Shown here one piece after another: positions 34,801 to 44,009 of a stretch of 46,122 bases of DNA. Positions within the stretch are counted from its first letter, which is position 1. Each line of letters starts with the position of its first letter. Made by a program: the position numbers and the translations under genes. This DNA comes from a virus (Duplodnaviria > Caudoviricetes): positions 1 to 46,122 of IMG/VR virus record IMGVR_UViG_3300012943_000015; one strand, 5' to 3'. Under the pieces are notes generated by a model. It saw only the letters and a program-made list of their open reading frames with translations, did no database searches and was not told the origin of the DNA.

Positions 34801-37603
34801 GATGGCGCAGCAGATGCTGGAGGGCGCAGCCAAGCAGTTCGGCTCCGCTGCCGACGCCTACGCCTGGAACATGGCGGAGCGTGCCACGCACACGGACCGC
34901 GCCCGCATCACCGATGCGGCCGGCAGGAACATCTCGTTCCGTCCGGTGAAGGTGGTGAACGCCTACGAGTGGGGCGACACCACGCCTGCCCTGTGGGCTG
35001 CGGAGCTCGGTCGGCGGCAGTCAGACCCAATCGGCGAGCTAGCCATGCAGTTCATTGCCAAGAGAGCCTTGGCGGACGTGACTGAAGCTGCTCGCCCAAA
35101 GGTTCAGGGCGAAGTCGCCGTGAACGTGGCGCAGAACATCGCTGACGAGTTGACCGCCACGATGAGGGCGAAGCGTTACCCAGAGCTTGATGTCCACGCC
35201 CTTGCGCTCAGCAAGAACTTGGATGACGCGGAGGCGCTTGCGGGCATGCGCGATGCGTACTCCAGGATGGCGACGGACTCCCTGCTCAAACAGTCTACAT
35301 TCGCCGATGCGGACGCTTTGATCGCGAAACTGTACGGCGAACACGAGCTGGGCGCGTCTATGCGCGCCAACAGCGCCGGCATGCAGTACCTGCCGGACGG
35401 TAAGCCGGTGCGCAATCCGGCCGACAGGCAGGCCGCGGCACAGGCTGCCGCGCGCCGGGCGGTGGATGACCTGGTTCACCACATGGGTGGGAAGGTCACG
35501 CGCACCGACAAGGGCGCGGAGATCCGGTTCCCTGAGGAGTCCCGCCCCCTGCTGGAGAAGCTCGCCAAGGGCGAGGAGATCTCGGCTGACGACCTCGCCA
35601 AGCTCGATGATGCGGCCAAGCCTGAGGGCATGGTCGCACCCATCTACGCGCCCATGGTTCCCGAGAAGAACGGCTTCGCGCAGGGCCTTTCAAACTTGGC
35701 GACCCGCGCCTACGGCACGGTCGTCGCCGACCCGCTGGACAAGCTGTTCGTCATGCCCACCTTCGTGGCCAACCGCAGGCTGGCGCAGGACGAGATGGCG
35801 CCGCTGATGGAGGCCCTCACCGCGAAGGGCATGGAGCCCGGGCAGGCTGCGTTCATGGTGGAGGCCGCCACCAACAAGCGGGCTGTGGCCAAGACGTTCC
35901 AGGGCACCGACAACCCGATGGAGAAGTCGGTGTTCTCGGAGATGGCCGACAAGTGGCTGATGTTCCAGCGTGCGCAGGAGGACTTTCTGCGCCGCCTGGT
36001 GAATGCAACCAGGGCCAACCCGGAGGGTTTGGCTCGAGCCAACATCCTGATGCAGGCCGGGGTGCACGCGGGCATCGTGCACTACGAGCCGTTCCAGGAC
36101 GAAGAGGGCAACACCGAATACCACCTCACCTTCACCTACCCCGGCACGGCCCTCGCCCAGCGGGTGATGGCCGATGCCGCAGCCGGCCTGGGCCTGGCAC
36201 CCGACGAGATCCTGAGGGTGCCGCAGTTCGACGGACTCAAGTCGCAGGTGCGGTTCATCAACCCTGGCCTGTCGAATCCCCTTCAGTTCTCGGCCAACCC
36301 GATGTTCGGGTTCGCCACGTGGGGCGCCGAGAAGATCTGGCCCGGCGCCACCGTGGACTTGGAGCGGCTGCGCCGCGGCCTGTCGGGCGGCGAGGACTTC
36401 GAGGGCACGTCCGGTCCGTTCACGTGGAAGAACCTGGTGCCCAGCATGTTCACCCGGTTCACCACGTTCGCCTCGAAGGACGATGCGGACGGGCAGTTCC
36501 AGTCGGCCATGCGCGCCTCGCTCATGTATGCGGAGCTGGCCGGGCAGACCCCCGGCCCGGACGCTTCCCCGTCGGAGCGTGCCCGGTATCTGGATGCGGT
36601 GAAGGCCACCACCACCAACATCATGATCCAGCGTGCGGTGCTGGGCCTGTTCGCGCCCGCTTCCCCTCAGGTCGCTGACCCTGACGAGACCGAGCTCGAC
36701 GCTATTGCTCGAGCGCAGGGGCTGCCGAATCTGCGCGCCGAGTTCTTCGATATTCGCAACGAGCTCGCCAAGAAGTACCCGGACAACTTCTCCCGGGCCG
36801 ACTCCGAGGCTGTGGCCGAGTTCGCCCGCAGGTATCCGGGCGAGCTGATTGTGAATCCGGGCGCGTTCTCCACGAGTTCCACGGAGATCGCCGGCAACGA
36901 TCAGGCGTATGCGCCGTACACGATCGGCGCCACCCAGTGGATGTTCGAGAACCTGGACTTCGTGAGGGCCAACCCGACGTTGGCTTTCGCGCTCATGCCG
37001 AAAGACACGGCTGACGGTGACTTCAGCAACGAGGCGTACAAGCTCCAGTTCAAGAGTGACATCCGCACCCACAAGGACATCCAAGAGTTCTATGATGACC
37101 TGTCGGTGTCGTCGGATATCGACGAGTACTATTCGACGAGGACCACGTTCTTCAATGCGGTGGCTGACAGTCCGGCCCTACAGAAATCCATCTACGCTAA
37201 GATGGATGATTGGGAGAGCGGCTGGCGCAGGGCGCACCCTCTCGCCGATCAGGAACTGAACCGGCGGGCGAGCCCCGACTATGTTCACGACGTTATCGCC
37301 CCCGCAGTGGGGCGAGTGGTGGACGGTACTGATGTCCTGCCGGATTCGGTGCGGAAGCTCCTTCCGGCCATCAAGGAAATGTGGCAGGACTACTCGGGTT
37401 ATCGAGACCAGTACGCGAAGCTGGACTACTACGACAACGAGGGCCGTCGCCGCTTGAACAAGCAGTATCAGCAGCAGGGCGATTTGAAGTGGCTGGGCGC
37501 TTCGCAGAAGGGCCTGGACTTCGAGGAGCGTAATGCGCTGAATGCGCAGGGCGGCTCTCTTAGTGGGCTGTGGGATCTGATGAGAGTGAGTGAGGGCCGT
37601 TAA
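31874..37603 (+). CDS. Very large internal virion (ejection) protein
   Basis: About 1900 aa, helical and Ala-rich. GGAGG RBS precedes an in-frame CTG at 31874 (first GTG at 31922). Confidence 0.75.
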   Translation: MARKYWWQKVENPDVIVQAARRPVQDRRVRYSTVLQRGGMFRNQPEIVKSLLDKQVPLALAMQSFNSYSATQAKQTAKHLSTAGFSSTNEENAARPGYLNKTDEWGEADKKLANADNDFGGGLLGGLASGFDAFARGFTNVGSKVIEGTTWAWNRSVGAPFAAGSSSDSAVDDALQGANDWVDRIPVAGALASLGLGAVEGAANWVEGLGRVYAPGSVSDEQQRQDMRAAHLDPSRIGDRINFYSQDFGEVVAPISNEHIEKIKGLKRWSPEDVDAAREIIVSGAMDDLSRSYSALSPEAQGLIARASKSPNVEDLLNAVGDGSQNTLGWGVLKGFVPDQYQKPGQFWEPGSVSRQVASAATELIVTWHMDPTVVASQGVKAVRAMRYGVGGVAAEKIDNTIQMLKASDDLHAPKGALARRFDEAMQTADDIVTVGVSTPEAAKARASWIRRFPGYDKTLDLLIGQRAGTVGPIRARTLNEAKGEVKHAAEGGRDVNPWVLDASADGKPMWAFTKTDGTKATPEERALARANAAEELSTFIVMDAYASGREITGSRLLLPGQLSLNGKVRDKLAPVLEAFNRRDMSVIKQLKETGKKPIDLNGHVLADEQGRWDHLVNPESAEWLRNNYTFGITHMFSRGWRNFEKTFSNKTILPSSPDSVKVYKELVSQFMPKRQAQMVTTQYAAANPAERWVMTRQTIGSLLNVMNLRNTPEAQKIVDQLTKGLVPQGEYINGYKAGVREHYTTPDGNYIRVGDLKMPAAVHPWQLSEGVELPNWRELRGLANRNAVLNAVTRTADGQAANAMVRAWKASKVTTYSNMMRQGLELELFNAWREPGVLGAHRAARKAVKADVLNRKVNDHDLERLANAVNNFTPDDLAQLEVTRRSKPETYVKTISAILERDGISPRMAETMARLGQDVDLTEYGEFLASKSERRARHLAAIGPWDKVRRARAIRHERKGGNVEDTPLSKHLDAEMAQQMLEGAAKQFGSAADAYAWNMAERATHTDRARITDAAGRNISFRPVKVVNAYEWGDTTPALWAAELGRRQSDPIGELAMQFIAKRALADVTEAARPKVQGEVAVNVAQNIADELTATMRAKRYPELDVHALALSKNLDDAEALAGMRDAYSRMATDSLLKQSTFADADALIAKLYGEHELGASMRANSAGMQYLPDGKPVRNPADRQAAAQAAARRAVDDLVHHMGGKVTRTDKGAEIRFPEESRPLLEKLAKGEEISADDLAKLDDAAKPEGMVAPIYAPMVPEKNGFAQGLSNLATRAYGTVVADPLDKLFVMPTFVANRRLAQDEMAPLMEALTAKGMEPGQAAFMVEAATNKRAVAKTFQGTDNPMEKSVFSEMADKWLMFQRAQEDFLRRLVNATRANPEGLARANILMQAGVHAGIVHYEPFQDEEGNTEYHLTFTYPGTALAQRVMADAAAGLGLAPDEILRVPQFDGLKSQVRFINPGLSNPLQFSANPMFGFATWGAEKIWPGATVDLERLRRGLSGGEDFEGTSGPFTWKNLVPSMFTRFTTFASKDDADGQFQSAMRASLMYAELAGQTPGPDASPSERARYLDAVKATTTNIMIQRAVLGLFAPASPQVADPDETELDAIARAQGLPNLRAEFFDIRNELAKKYPDNFSRADSEAVAEFARRYPGELIVNPGAFSTSSTEIAGNDQAYAPYTIGATQWMFENLDFVRANPTLAFALMPKDTADGDFSNEAYKLQFKSDIRTHKDIQEFYDDLSVSSDIDEYYSTRTTFFNAVADSPALQKSIYAKMDDWESGWRRAHPLADQELNRRASPDYVHDVIAPAVGRVVDGTDVLPDSVRKLLPAIKEMWQDYSGYRDQYAKLDYYDNEGRRRLNKQYQQQGDLKWLGASQKGLDFEERNALNAQGGSLSGLWDLMRVSEGR

Positions 37604-39312
37604 TGCCTGACCTTGACGCCTACTATGCGGGCGGAGCCACAGGCGCGTTGAAGCGCGCCACCCAACTGGCCAACCTGCGTGCCGCGAATGCCAAGAAGTC
37701 GGCCGACACGCTGCGCAGGGTCAACAACCATCTGGCCGGCAGGCCCGATGTGGCTCCCGGCTGGCGCTACACGGCTGGCCCCAACAGGGGCATGACTGTC
37801 GCCCAGCATCAGCGGATGCAGCGGCAGGCCCCGAAGCCCGCGCCGCGCAGGCGGCCTGGCAGCAACGAGCCGGAGCAGCGGGACCTGCTGGGCTTGGGCC
37901 AGTTCGGCGTGTCGAACCAGCCGCGCAAACCTGGCGAGCCTGAGCGCAGTAGCTACTTCGATACGTACATGCGGGACCTCAATGAGGAGACCCGCGCTGA
38001 CACGACCGACGTGCATGCCGTCAACAAGGACGGCTCGCTGGGCGTTCCGCTGCCTGGTCACTCGGCTTTGCCGGTGGTGACCGGCGACTACCTGAACCGT
38101 GATCCGCGCGAGATCGAGCGGTACAAGAAGCTGAAGCCTGGCGAGCGGGCCGAGGTTCGCCGGAATGTGGAGTCCACCCAGGAGGGTGGCAAGTACGCGA
38201 AGACCGTCAAGCACATGCTGGATCTGATCAACAAAGATCCCATGAAGGATGCCGACCGGCAGGCTGCCGGGACCGAGCTCGCTGACGCTTTCCGCGACAT
38301 GTCCCGAACCAAGTACTTCACCGACGACGACCTGATCGACAACCCGCTGCTGGGCACGCTCAACGATCTGAGCGTGTGGGCCGACTTCCGTATCCGCGTG
38401 CAGGACTTCGCCGACTCGAAGCGCAAGTCGGGCGACGCCCAACTGGGCGAAGAGGACACGGGCGACGGCAGCTTCGCCGGCATGGTCGACAACAACAGCT
38501 TCTCCGCGGTGACCGGGCCGGGCAACCTGTCGAAGTGGCTGGTTGCCCGCGACGAACACGGCCTGCTCCAAGTCGTGAGCGCGGACCAGTGGATTCAAGC
38601 CAAGTACGCGCGGATGCGCAACGACCCCAAGTACGCGGCCCAGCTAATCACCGCTTTGGCGGCCACGTCCGCCTACGGCACCGACTCTACGGCGAACAGT
38701 CAGCGGACGAGGCTGGTCACCGACAAGGACGGTAACCCCGTCAAGGGGTTCCCCGGTAAAGAGGATCTGTCGGCCTTGAAGTGGCTGGCCAATGAGGTGG
38801 CCATCCTTCAGAACCAGGGCGACGAGGTGGCCATCGACGACTCGATCGCCGAGCTCACCAAGACCGCGTTCGATGTGACAGCGCAGGCCGCCAAGAATGG
38901 TGACCTCGGTGGCGGTGGTGGTTACGGCGGCTATGGCGGTGGCGGAGGCTACGGGGGGTACGGCGGGGGCGGCTACGGAGGCGGTGGCGGGGGTTCTGGC
39001 GCTGTCCGCTACACGGACGGCACGCTGCTCATCTCGCAGGTGTCGAGCATCGCGCGTCAGCGCATGGGCCGGGAGCTCACCCCAGAAGAGGCTGCCGAGT
39101 TCGTGAAGTACTACCACGGGCTCGAGGAGCAGAGCAGCGCCCAGTACTACGCCGGGGCGAGTAACACGCAGTTGGACCCAGAAGGTCAAGCTGTGGCGTG
39201 GGTTACCTCGCATTTCGAGAACCAGGCTCAGCAGCAGCAGTACGGGAATCTGGCCGCCGACTTCTTCGCCCTGATGGGTAGCTCGAATCCGTTCGGGGGT
39301 ATCGCGAACTAA
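37603..39312 (+). CDS. Internal virion protein
   Basis: 569 aa, GGY-rich linker, ..MGRELTPEE motif, TAATG coupling. Confidence 0.65.
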   Translation: MPDLDAYYAGGATGALKRATQLANLRAANAKKSADTLRRVNNHLAGRPDVAPGWRYTAGPNRGMTVAQHQRMQRQAPKPAPRRRPGSNEPEQRDLLGLGQFGVSNQPRKPGEPERSSYFDTYMRDLNEETRADTTDVHAVNKDGSLGVPLPGHSALPVVTGDYLNRDPREIERYKKLKPGERAEVRRNVESTQEGGKYAKTVKHMLDLINKDPMKDADRQAAGTELADAFRDMSRTKYFTDDDLIDNPLLGTLNDLSVWADFRIRVQDFADSKRKSGDAQLGEEDTGDGSFAGMVDNNSFSAVTGPGNLSKWLVARDEHGLLQVVSADQWIQAKYARMRNDPKYAAQLITALAATSAYGTDSTANSQRTRLVTDKDGNPVKGFPGKEDLSALKWLANEVAILQNQGDEVAIDDSIAELTKTAFDVTAQAAKNGDLGGGGGYGGYGGGGGYGGYGGGGYGGGGGGSGAVRYTDGTLLISQVSSIARQRMGRELTPEEAAEFVKYYHGLEEQSSAQYYAGASNTQLDPEGQAVAWVTSHFENQAQQQQYGNLAADFFALMGSSNPFGGIAN

Positions 39313-40235
39313 TGGCCCAGACCGCAGCTCAGAAGAAGAAGGCCGCAGCCACGGCGCAGGCCAACCTGAAAGCGTCGTACGGTTTCGTGTCGATGCTGGC
39401 GCAGGCCGTCCCCGAGATCGGCCGGCTGATGAAGCAGGCCGTCAAGGAGAAGTGGACGTCCGAGCGTTTCCAGATGGCCGTGGCTTCCACCAGCTGGTGG
39501 AAGAAGACACCTGCCGCCACCCGCCAGTGGGTGACCCAGAAGGTCTCCGACCCCGCATCGGCTTCCGCCGCCTTGTCGTCAGGCGGCACGGGCGTGCAGA
39601 GCATCGCCGGGGGTTTGGGCTTGGGCGCGGTGTCGCATGCTCGCGCCCAGCAGATCTGGCTGTACGGGCAGCTGCACGGCTACGACGAGCAGGCCATGCG
39701 TGGCCTGATCTTCCGCAACATCTCCTCCGGTATCTCCGACGTCGAGGCGTCGGGCGAGTTCGGCTCACTCATCAACCAGGCTGGCGAGCTGGCTGCCGCC
39801 TACGGCTACGCACCCAAGGATCTGGCCGCGCAGGTGCGCGCGGCTGCCGGCTCCGGCCTGATGTACGGGGACACCGGCCAGGATGCGCTGGCCGGGTTTC
39901 AGACGAAGCTGAAGAACTACGCCAAGAGCAAGTACGGGGCGTTCGCTGACCGCATTGACGCGGGCGAGACCGTACGGGATATCGCCCAGCCATATATCGA
40001 TACTTATGCAAATGTATTGGAGGTGAACCCGCAAGACGTGAATCTGGACGATAAGTTATTGCAGCGCTGGCTCCAGGGCACCACGCAGCAGGGAAAGCCT
40101 CCGGCCGCGGTGCCGGTGTGGCAGGCGGAACAGGATCTGCGTAAAGACCCGCGGTGGGGTTACACCCAGAACGCGAAGCAGGCTACGGCCGAGGTGGCTA
40201 ACACCATCGGCAAGGCGTTTGGGATGGTCGGATGA
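39312..40235 (+). CDS. Internal virion protein
   Basis: 307 aa, TSWWK and LRKDPRWGYTQNAK motifs; TAATG coupling. Confidence 0.65.
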   Translation: MAQTAAQKKKAAATAQANLKASYGFVSMLAQAVPEIGRLMKQAVKEKWTSERFQMAVASTSWWKKTPAATRQWVTQKVSDPASASAALSSGGTGVQSIAGGLGLGAVSHARAQQIWLYGQLHGYDEQAMRGLIFRNISSGISDVEASGEFGSLINQAGELAAAYGYAPKDLAAQVRAAAGSGLMYGDTGQDALAGFQTKLKNYAKSKYGAFADRIDAGETVRDIAQPYIDTYANVLEVNPQDVNLDDKLLQRWLQGTTQQGKPPAAVPVWQAEQDLRKDPRWGYTQNAKQATAEVANTIGKAFGMVG

Positions 40236-40528
40236 GCGGCAGCGTGATCAAGTACCAGCTCCCCGAGCTGGGTCCCGAGCCTGAGAAGTGGCAGCGAACC
40301 TCGTGGCTGAAATGGTGCAGGCTGCGCGATCTGTATCGCACCGCTAACTGTTCCCACCGTTATGACCGCCCACGTTGGGCGGGAATCTTGGGCTGGCGCG
40401 ACGACTGCTCGAAATGTGGCAGTCAGTACAGCCCCTACGACCACTGGGTGGACGACGGATGCGAGTACCACCCGAACCGTGAGGGCGAAGAGCCGATCGG
40501 CAAGCCGCCAGCCAAGGAGGCGAAGTGA
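40232..40528 (+). CDS. Cys/Trp-rich hypothetical protein within the structural operon
   Basis: Coupled on both sides (ATGA and GTGA); CSKCG. Confidence 0.5.
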   Translation: MSGSVIKYQLPELGPEPEKWQRTSWLKWCRLRDLYRTANCSHRYDRPRWAGILGWRDDCSKCGSQYSPYDHWVDDGCEYHPNREGEEPIGKPPAKEAK

Positions 40529-41364
40529 CTACCCCGGCGCCGACGTTCGACAACAACGCCTTCACCATGCTCGCAGCCCTGCTCGAGCAGTGGGGCCTCT
40601 CCTCCCTGTCCAGTGACGTGCAGGACATGCTGACCGCCGGGGACTCGGCGGACATTGTGCCGATCAAGCTGCGGCAAACCGAGGCGTACAAGACCAGGTT
40701 CGCGGGTAATGCGCAGCGCATCAAGAACGGCCTGCCCGCCCTGTCGGAGGCTGAGTACCTGTCGACCGAGGCCAGCTTGCGCACGGTCGTCCGGCAGTAC
40801 GTGGGCGCCGGCACGTATGACACGCAGGACAACCTTCAGAAGTGGATCTCGTCGGACGTGAGCCCGCAGGAGCTCAACGACCGCATGGGCATCTACCAGG
40901 ACAACTGGGACCTCCAGCCGCAGTCGGTGAAGGACGCCTGGGCTTCGCACGGGTTGACGCCCAGGGACGCGCTGAGGGCCGCCATGGACCCGAACGTGAC
41001 GGAGACCCAGCTGAAGCGGCAGGCCGCCCAGTACTCGGTCGGCGGCGCCGCAGTGAAGGCGTTCGGCGATGACCGCGCGCTGAACGCTGACCGTGCCATG
41101 GACCTCGCGGACCAGGGCGTCACGAAGGACCAGGCGGAGAAGGGCTACCGCGATATCGCGGGCCGCTACGAGTACGAGGGTTTCCTGGCGCGGAGCGCCG
41201 GCATGGACTTGACGTTGGCCGAGCAGGAGGATGCCGCCCTGCTGGGTGATCAGCGGGCGGAGAACCAGCGCAAGAAGGTCATCAACACCGACAATGCGCG
41301 GTTCCAGGAGAACTATCTGGGCACGCAGCAGTCGCTCAGTCAGAGCGCTGCCGGCAAGTACTAG
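40525..41364 (+). CDS. Internal virion protein
   Basis: 279 aa, YKTRFAGN..R...GL..LSEAEYL motif, last gene before a terminator. Confidence 0.65.
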   Translation: MTTPAPTFDNNAFTMLAALLEQWGLSSLSSDVQDMLTAGDSADIVPIKLRQTEAYKTRFAGNAQRIKNGLPALSEAEYLSTEASLRTVVRQYVGAGTYDTQDNLQKWISSDVSPQELNDRMGIYQDNWDLQPQSVKDAWASHGLTPRDALRAAMDPNVTETQLKRQAAQYSVGGAAVKAFGDDRALNADRAMDLADQGVTKDQAEKGYRDIAGRYEYEGFLARSAGMDLTLAEQEDAALLGDQRAENQRKKVINTDNARFQENYLGTQQSLSQSAAGKY

Positions 41365-41491
41365 CAGCGTTGGTTACGCCTGAGCGTTAGGAACGCTGCA
41401 GGCCGCCTGATACAATTGCGGTGGTTGTCAGGGATAGCCCGAGCTGCTGTCAGCTCTCCCGTTAAGTCGGTCGGCCCCTGGAGCCAAATGG

Positions 41492-41531
41492 CCGCCCCCT
41501 CTGCCCATCGGGCACGGGGCGGTTTTCTTTT
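41492..41531 (+). terminator. Intrinsic terminator
   Basis: CCGCCCC..TGCCC ATC GGGCA..GGGGCGG followed by TTTTCTTTT. Confidence 0.75.
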
Positions 41532-41691
41532 GCCCAGGTCAGGGTATATAAGTCACGGGTTATATGATGTACCTGTCCCGCTTTCGCGAGCCCAGGCGAG
41601 CAGCGGCGTAAACGATGGGCAGCGGTAGGCAATCCCCAGCGAGAGATCCCCTCGCTCACTGGGCGGCTTTTGAGGGCGAAAGGTAAATACC

Positions 41692-42204
41692 GTGTCTGAC
41701 ATCCCGAACGAGTTCGAGACCGTCGACGAGAACGCAGAGCCAGGCAAACTCCGCCAGCTGCTCGCGCAGGCTCACGCCACGCTCAAGCAGAAGGACAAGG
41801 AGCTGGCGGATCTGAACGCCTTCAAGGCGTCGATCTCTGTGAAGGCGACGTGGGACGAACTCAAGGTGCCCGACCGCATTCGCAAGCTGTACAACGGCGA
41901 CACCTCCGCCGACGCCATCAAGGCGTGGTGGGAGGACTCCAAGGGCCTCTTCAATGTGGAGAGCGCGGAGGAGCAGCCGGCCGAACAGCAGCTGACCCCC
42001 GAACAGGTGGAGCAGCAGCAGGCGGCACAGCAGTTCCAGGACGCTTCGAGCCTTGGAACGAATGCGATTCACAGCGGTTTCGACGCCGTGAAGCAGAAGG
42101 CGGATAACGCCGCCGAAGCTTTCAAGGCTGGCCGGATGTCACGCGCGGACTTCGACGCCGCCCGTGCCGCAGTTTATGAGGGGCTCAACACCCCCGCTTA
42201 CTAG
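41692..42204 (+). CDS. Capsid scaffolding protein
   Basis: 170 aa, acidic coiled coil, immediately upstream of the major capsid gene; AAAGG RBS. Confidence 0.75.
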   Translation: MSDIPNEFETVDENAEPGKLRQLLAQAHATLKQKDKELADLNAFKASISVKATWDELKVPDRIRKLYNGDTSADAIKAWWEDSKGLFNVESAEEQPAEQQLTPEQVEQQQAAQQFQDASSLGTNAIHSGFDAVKQKADNAAEAFKAGRMSRADFDAARAAVYEGLNTPAY

Positions 42205-42236
42205 CGCGTGCGGCATGACCCTCAGAGGAAGAAGTC

Positions 42237-43223
42237 ATGCCTGTTCCCGCTGGAACACTCACCAGTACCGCCACCTTCACCACTCGCGTCGCCACGGCCC
42301 TCGACCTCGAGGTGGCCCCGTACCTGCGCGAAGAGCCGATCTTCCGGCCGTTCACCGACTCCCGCCCGGAGCGGCAGGCGTACGCCGGCAAGGTCGTCAC
42401 CAAGACGATCCGCGGCGAACTGCCGCTGGCCGTCACTCCTCTGTCGGAGACCGCTGACGTTGACTCGGTTGCGCCCCCGGCGGACCGCCAGCTCAACATC
42501 ACCATGAACGAGTACGGCAACGTCATGCAGCAGACTCGTCTGCTGCGCGAGGTTGACTGGTCCCAGTCGGTCGCTTCTGAGATCGGCATGGAGCTCGGTG
42601 TCAACGGCACCCGCTCCATCGACAAGGTGTACCAGGCCGTGCTGGACGGTGCCGCGAACGTTCTGCACCAGACCGCTGCCGTCACGCTCACCAATGGCAC
42701 CGGCACGGTCAACGCCCCGATCGAGTCGCAGTCGGTGGCCACCGCGAAGACGCTTCTGCGTCGGCGCAACGCGCAGCCCCGCTTCGGTCAGACGTCCGCG
42801 TGCGTCATCCACCCGGATGTGCTGCACGACCTGATGAAGGAGTCCGGCACCAACACGTGGCGTCAGCCGCACGAGCAGGTCGACACCAGCAACCTGTACA
42901 ACCGGGTTGCCGGCGACTACATGGGCGTGCGGTTCGTGGAGAACACGAACTGCACGATCGTGGTCAACGCCCCGGCGGTGAAGGACGTGTACACCACGTA
43001 CTTCATCGACAAGGAGGCCCTGATCGAGGTTGTGGGTCAGGACATCCAGCCGAAGGTTGCACCTCCGATTGACGCGCTGGACCGGTTCTTCCGGGTGGGC
43101 TGGTACGCACTGCTGGGTGTGTCGCGGTTCCGCGAGAACGCCATCCAGCTGCTGAAGACCACCAGTTCCCTGGCCGAGGGTCTGTACGCGGGTGCGACTC
43201 CGGCGTTCGACGGTAAAGCCTGA
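42237..43223 (+). CDS. Major capsid protein (N4 gp56-like HK97 fold)
   Basis: PLSE, ITMNEYGN, IHPDVLHDL, G.YMGVRFVE, D.LDRF..VGWY motifs. Confidence 0.9.
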   Translation: MPVPAGTLTSTATFTTRVATALDLEVAPYLREEPIFRPFTDSRPERQAYAGKVVTKTIRGELPLAVTPLSETADVDSVAPPADRQLNITMNEYGNVMQQTRLLREVDWSQSVASEIGMELGVNGTRSIDKVYQAVLDGAANVLHQTAAVTLTNGTGTVNAPIESQSVATAKTLLRRRNAQPRFGQTSACVIHPDVLHDLMKESGTNTWRQPHEQVDTSNLYNRVAGDYMGVRFVENTNCTIVVNAPAVKDVYTTYFIDKEALIEVVGQDIQPKVAPPIDALDRFFRVGWYALLGVSRFRENAIQLLKTTSSLAEGLYAGATPAFDGKA

Positions 43224-43236
43224 TCGAGCGGAATGA

Positions 43237-43266
43237 GCCGGGGGCTTTCGGGCCCCCGGCCTTTCC
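43237..43266 (+). terminator. Terminator after the major capsid gene
   Basis: GCCGGGGGC-TTTCGG-GCCCCCGGC-CTTT. Confidence 0.7.
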
Positions 43267-43300
43267 TCCTAACTCTCCTCCTAATTAGGAGCAATTCCGC

Positions 43301-43738
43301 ATGGCCGATTTCGTCTTCAACATTGCCAAGGGCAAGGTCAAGTACTACTCCGAACTGCCCGCGGCCAACGATGCCCTCATTGTCATTCCGCTCGAGGCGT
43401 CCGGTCTCGAAGCGGACTCCACGCTCAAGGACTACGACGACGTGGCCGCCCTTCTGGCGGGCACCACCAACGAGCAGACCACCGCGGGGCGCAAGACCAT
43501 CACCTCCGTGTCGGTCACGGTGGACGACACCAACGACCGGGTGGACATCGACTTCGCCGACCAAACGTGGACGGCGCTGACCGGTAACGCCATCGGCGCG
43601 CTGCTGGTCGCCTACGACCCGGACACCACCACCGGCACCGACTCAACGCTGGTGCCGCTGACCAAGCACGACTGGGCCATCACGCCTGACGGCTCGGACG
43701 TGACGGCAACGGTGGCGAACTTCTACCGGGCGTCGTAG
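43301..43738 (+). CDS. Structural protein (decoration / tail-associated)
   Basis: AGGAG RBS; DFADQTW...TPDGSDVT beta-rich pattern. Confidence 0.65.
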   Translation: MADFVFNIAKGKVKYYSELPAANDALIVIPLEASGLEADSTLKDYDDVAALLAGTTNEQTTAGRKTITSVSVTVDDTNDRVDIDFADQTWTALTGNAIGALLVAYDPDTTTGTDSTLVPLTKHDWAITPDGSDVTATVANFYRAS

Positions 43739-44007
43739 TGGAGATCCCAATCACAGTCGAGTTCGACTACAAGAACTCGGGACCGCAGGTCGTTCTCGCG
43801 GGCGAGACGAAGGACTTCGACTTCCCCCAGATCGAAGGGTGGACGGGAATCTCCTGGGGTTTCCAGGCGGTACACCCGATCCTCGAATGGCAAACGGCTG
43901 GCTATGTGCTGGGCGCCGATGGGCGCCAGCACTTTCAGGCGACGGTGCGAAATCCGTCTGTCACCGACAGGTCGGTGCGATTCACGTTCCTGCTCATTAA
44001 GGCGTAG
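43738..44007 (+). CDS. Hypothetical protein
   Basis: 89 aa, TAGTG coupling. Confidence 0.6.
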   Translation: MEIPITVEFDYKNSGPQVVLAGETKDFDFPQIEGWTGISWGFQAVHPILEWQTAGYVLGADGRQHFQATVRNPSVTDRSVRFTFLLIKA

Positions 44008-44009
44008 CC

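Noticed and set aside
31874-37603. Tape measure protein or virion RNA polymerase
   Set aside because: No adjacent tail tube or chaperone genes and no polymerase motifs recognised; the context fits an ejection protein
38908-39000. GGY tandem repeat as a DNA repeat element
   Set aside because: Explained by a Gly-rich linker in the 37603-39312 protein
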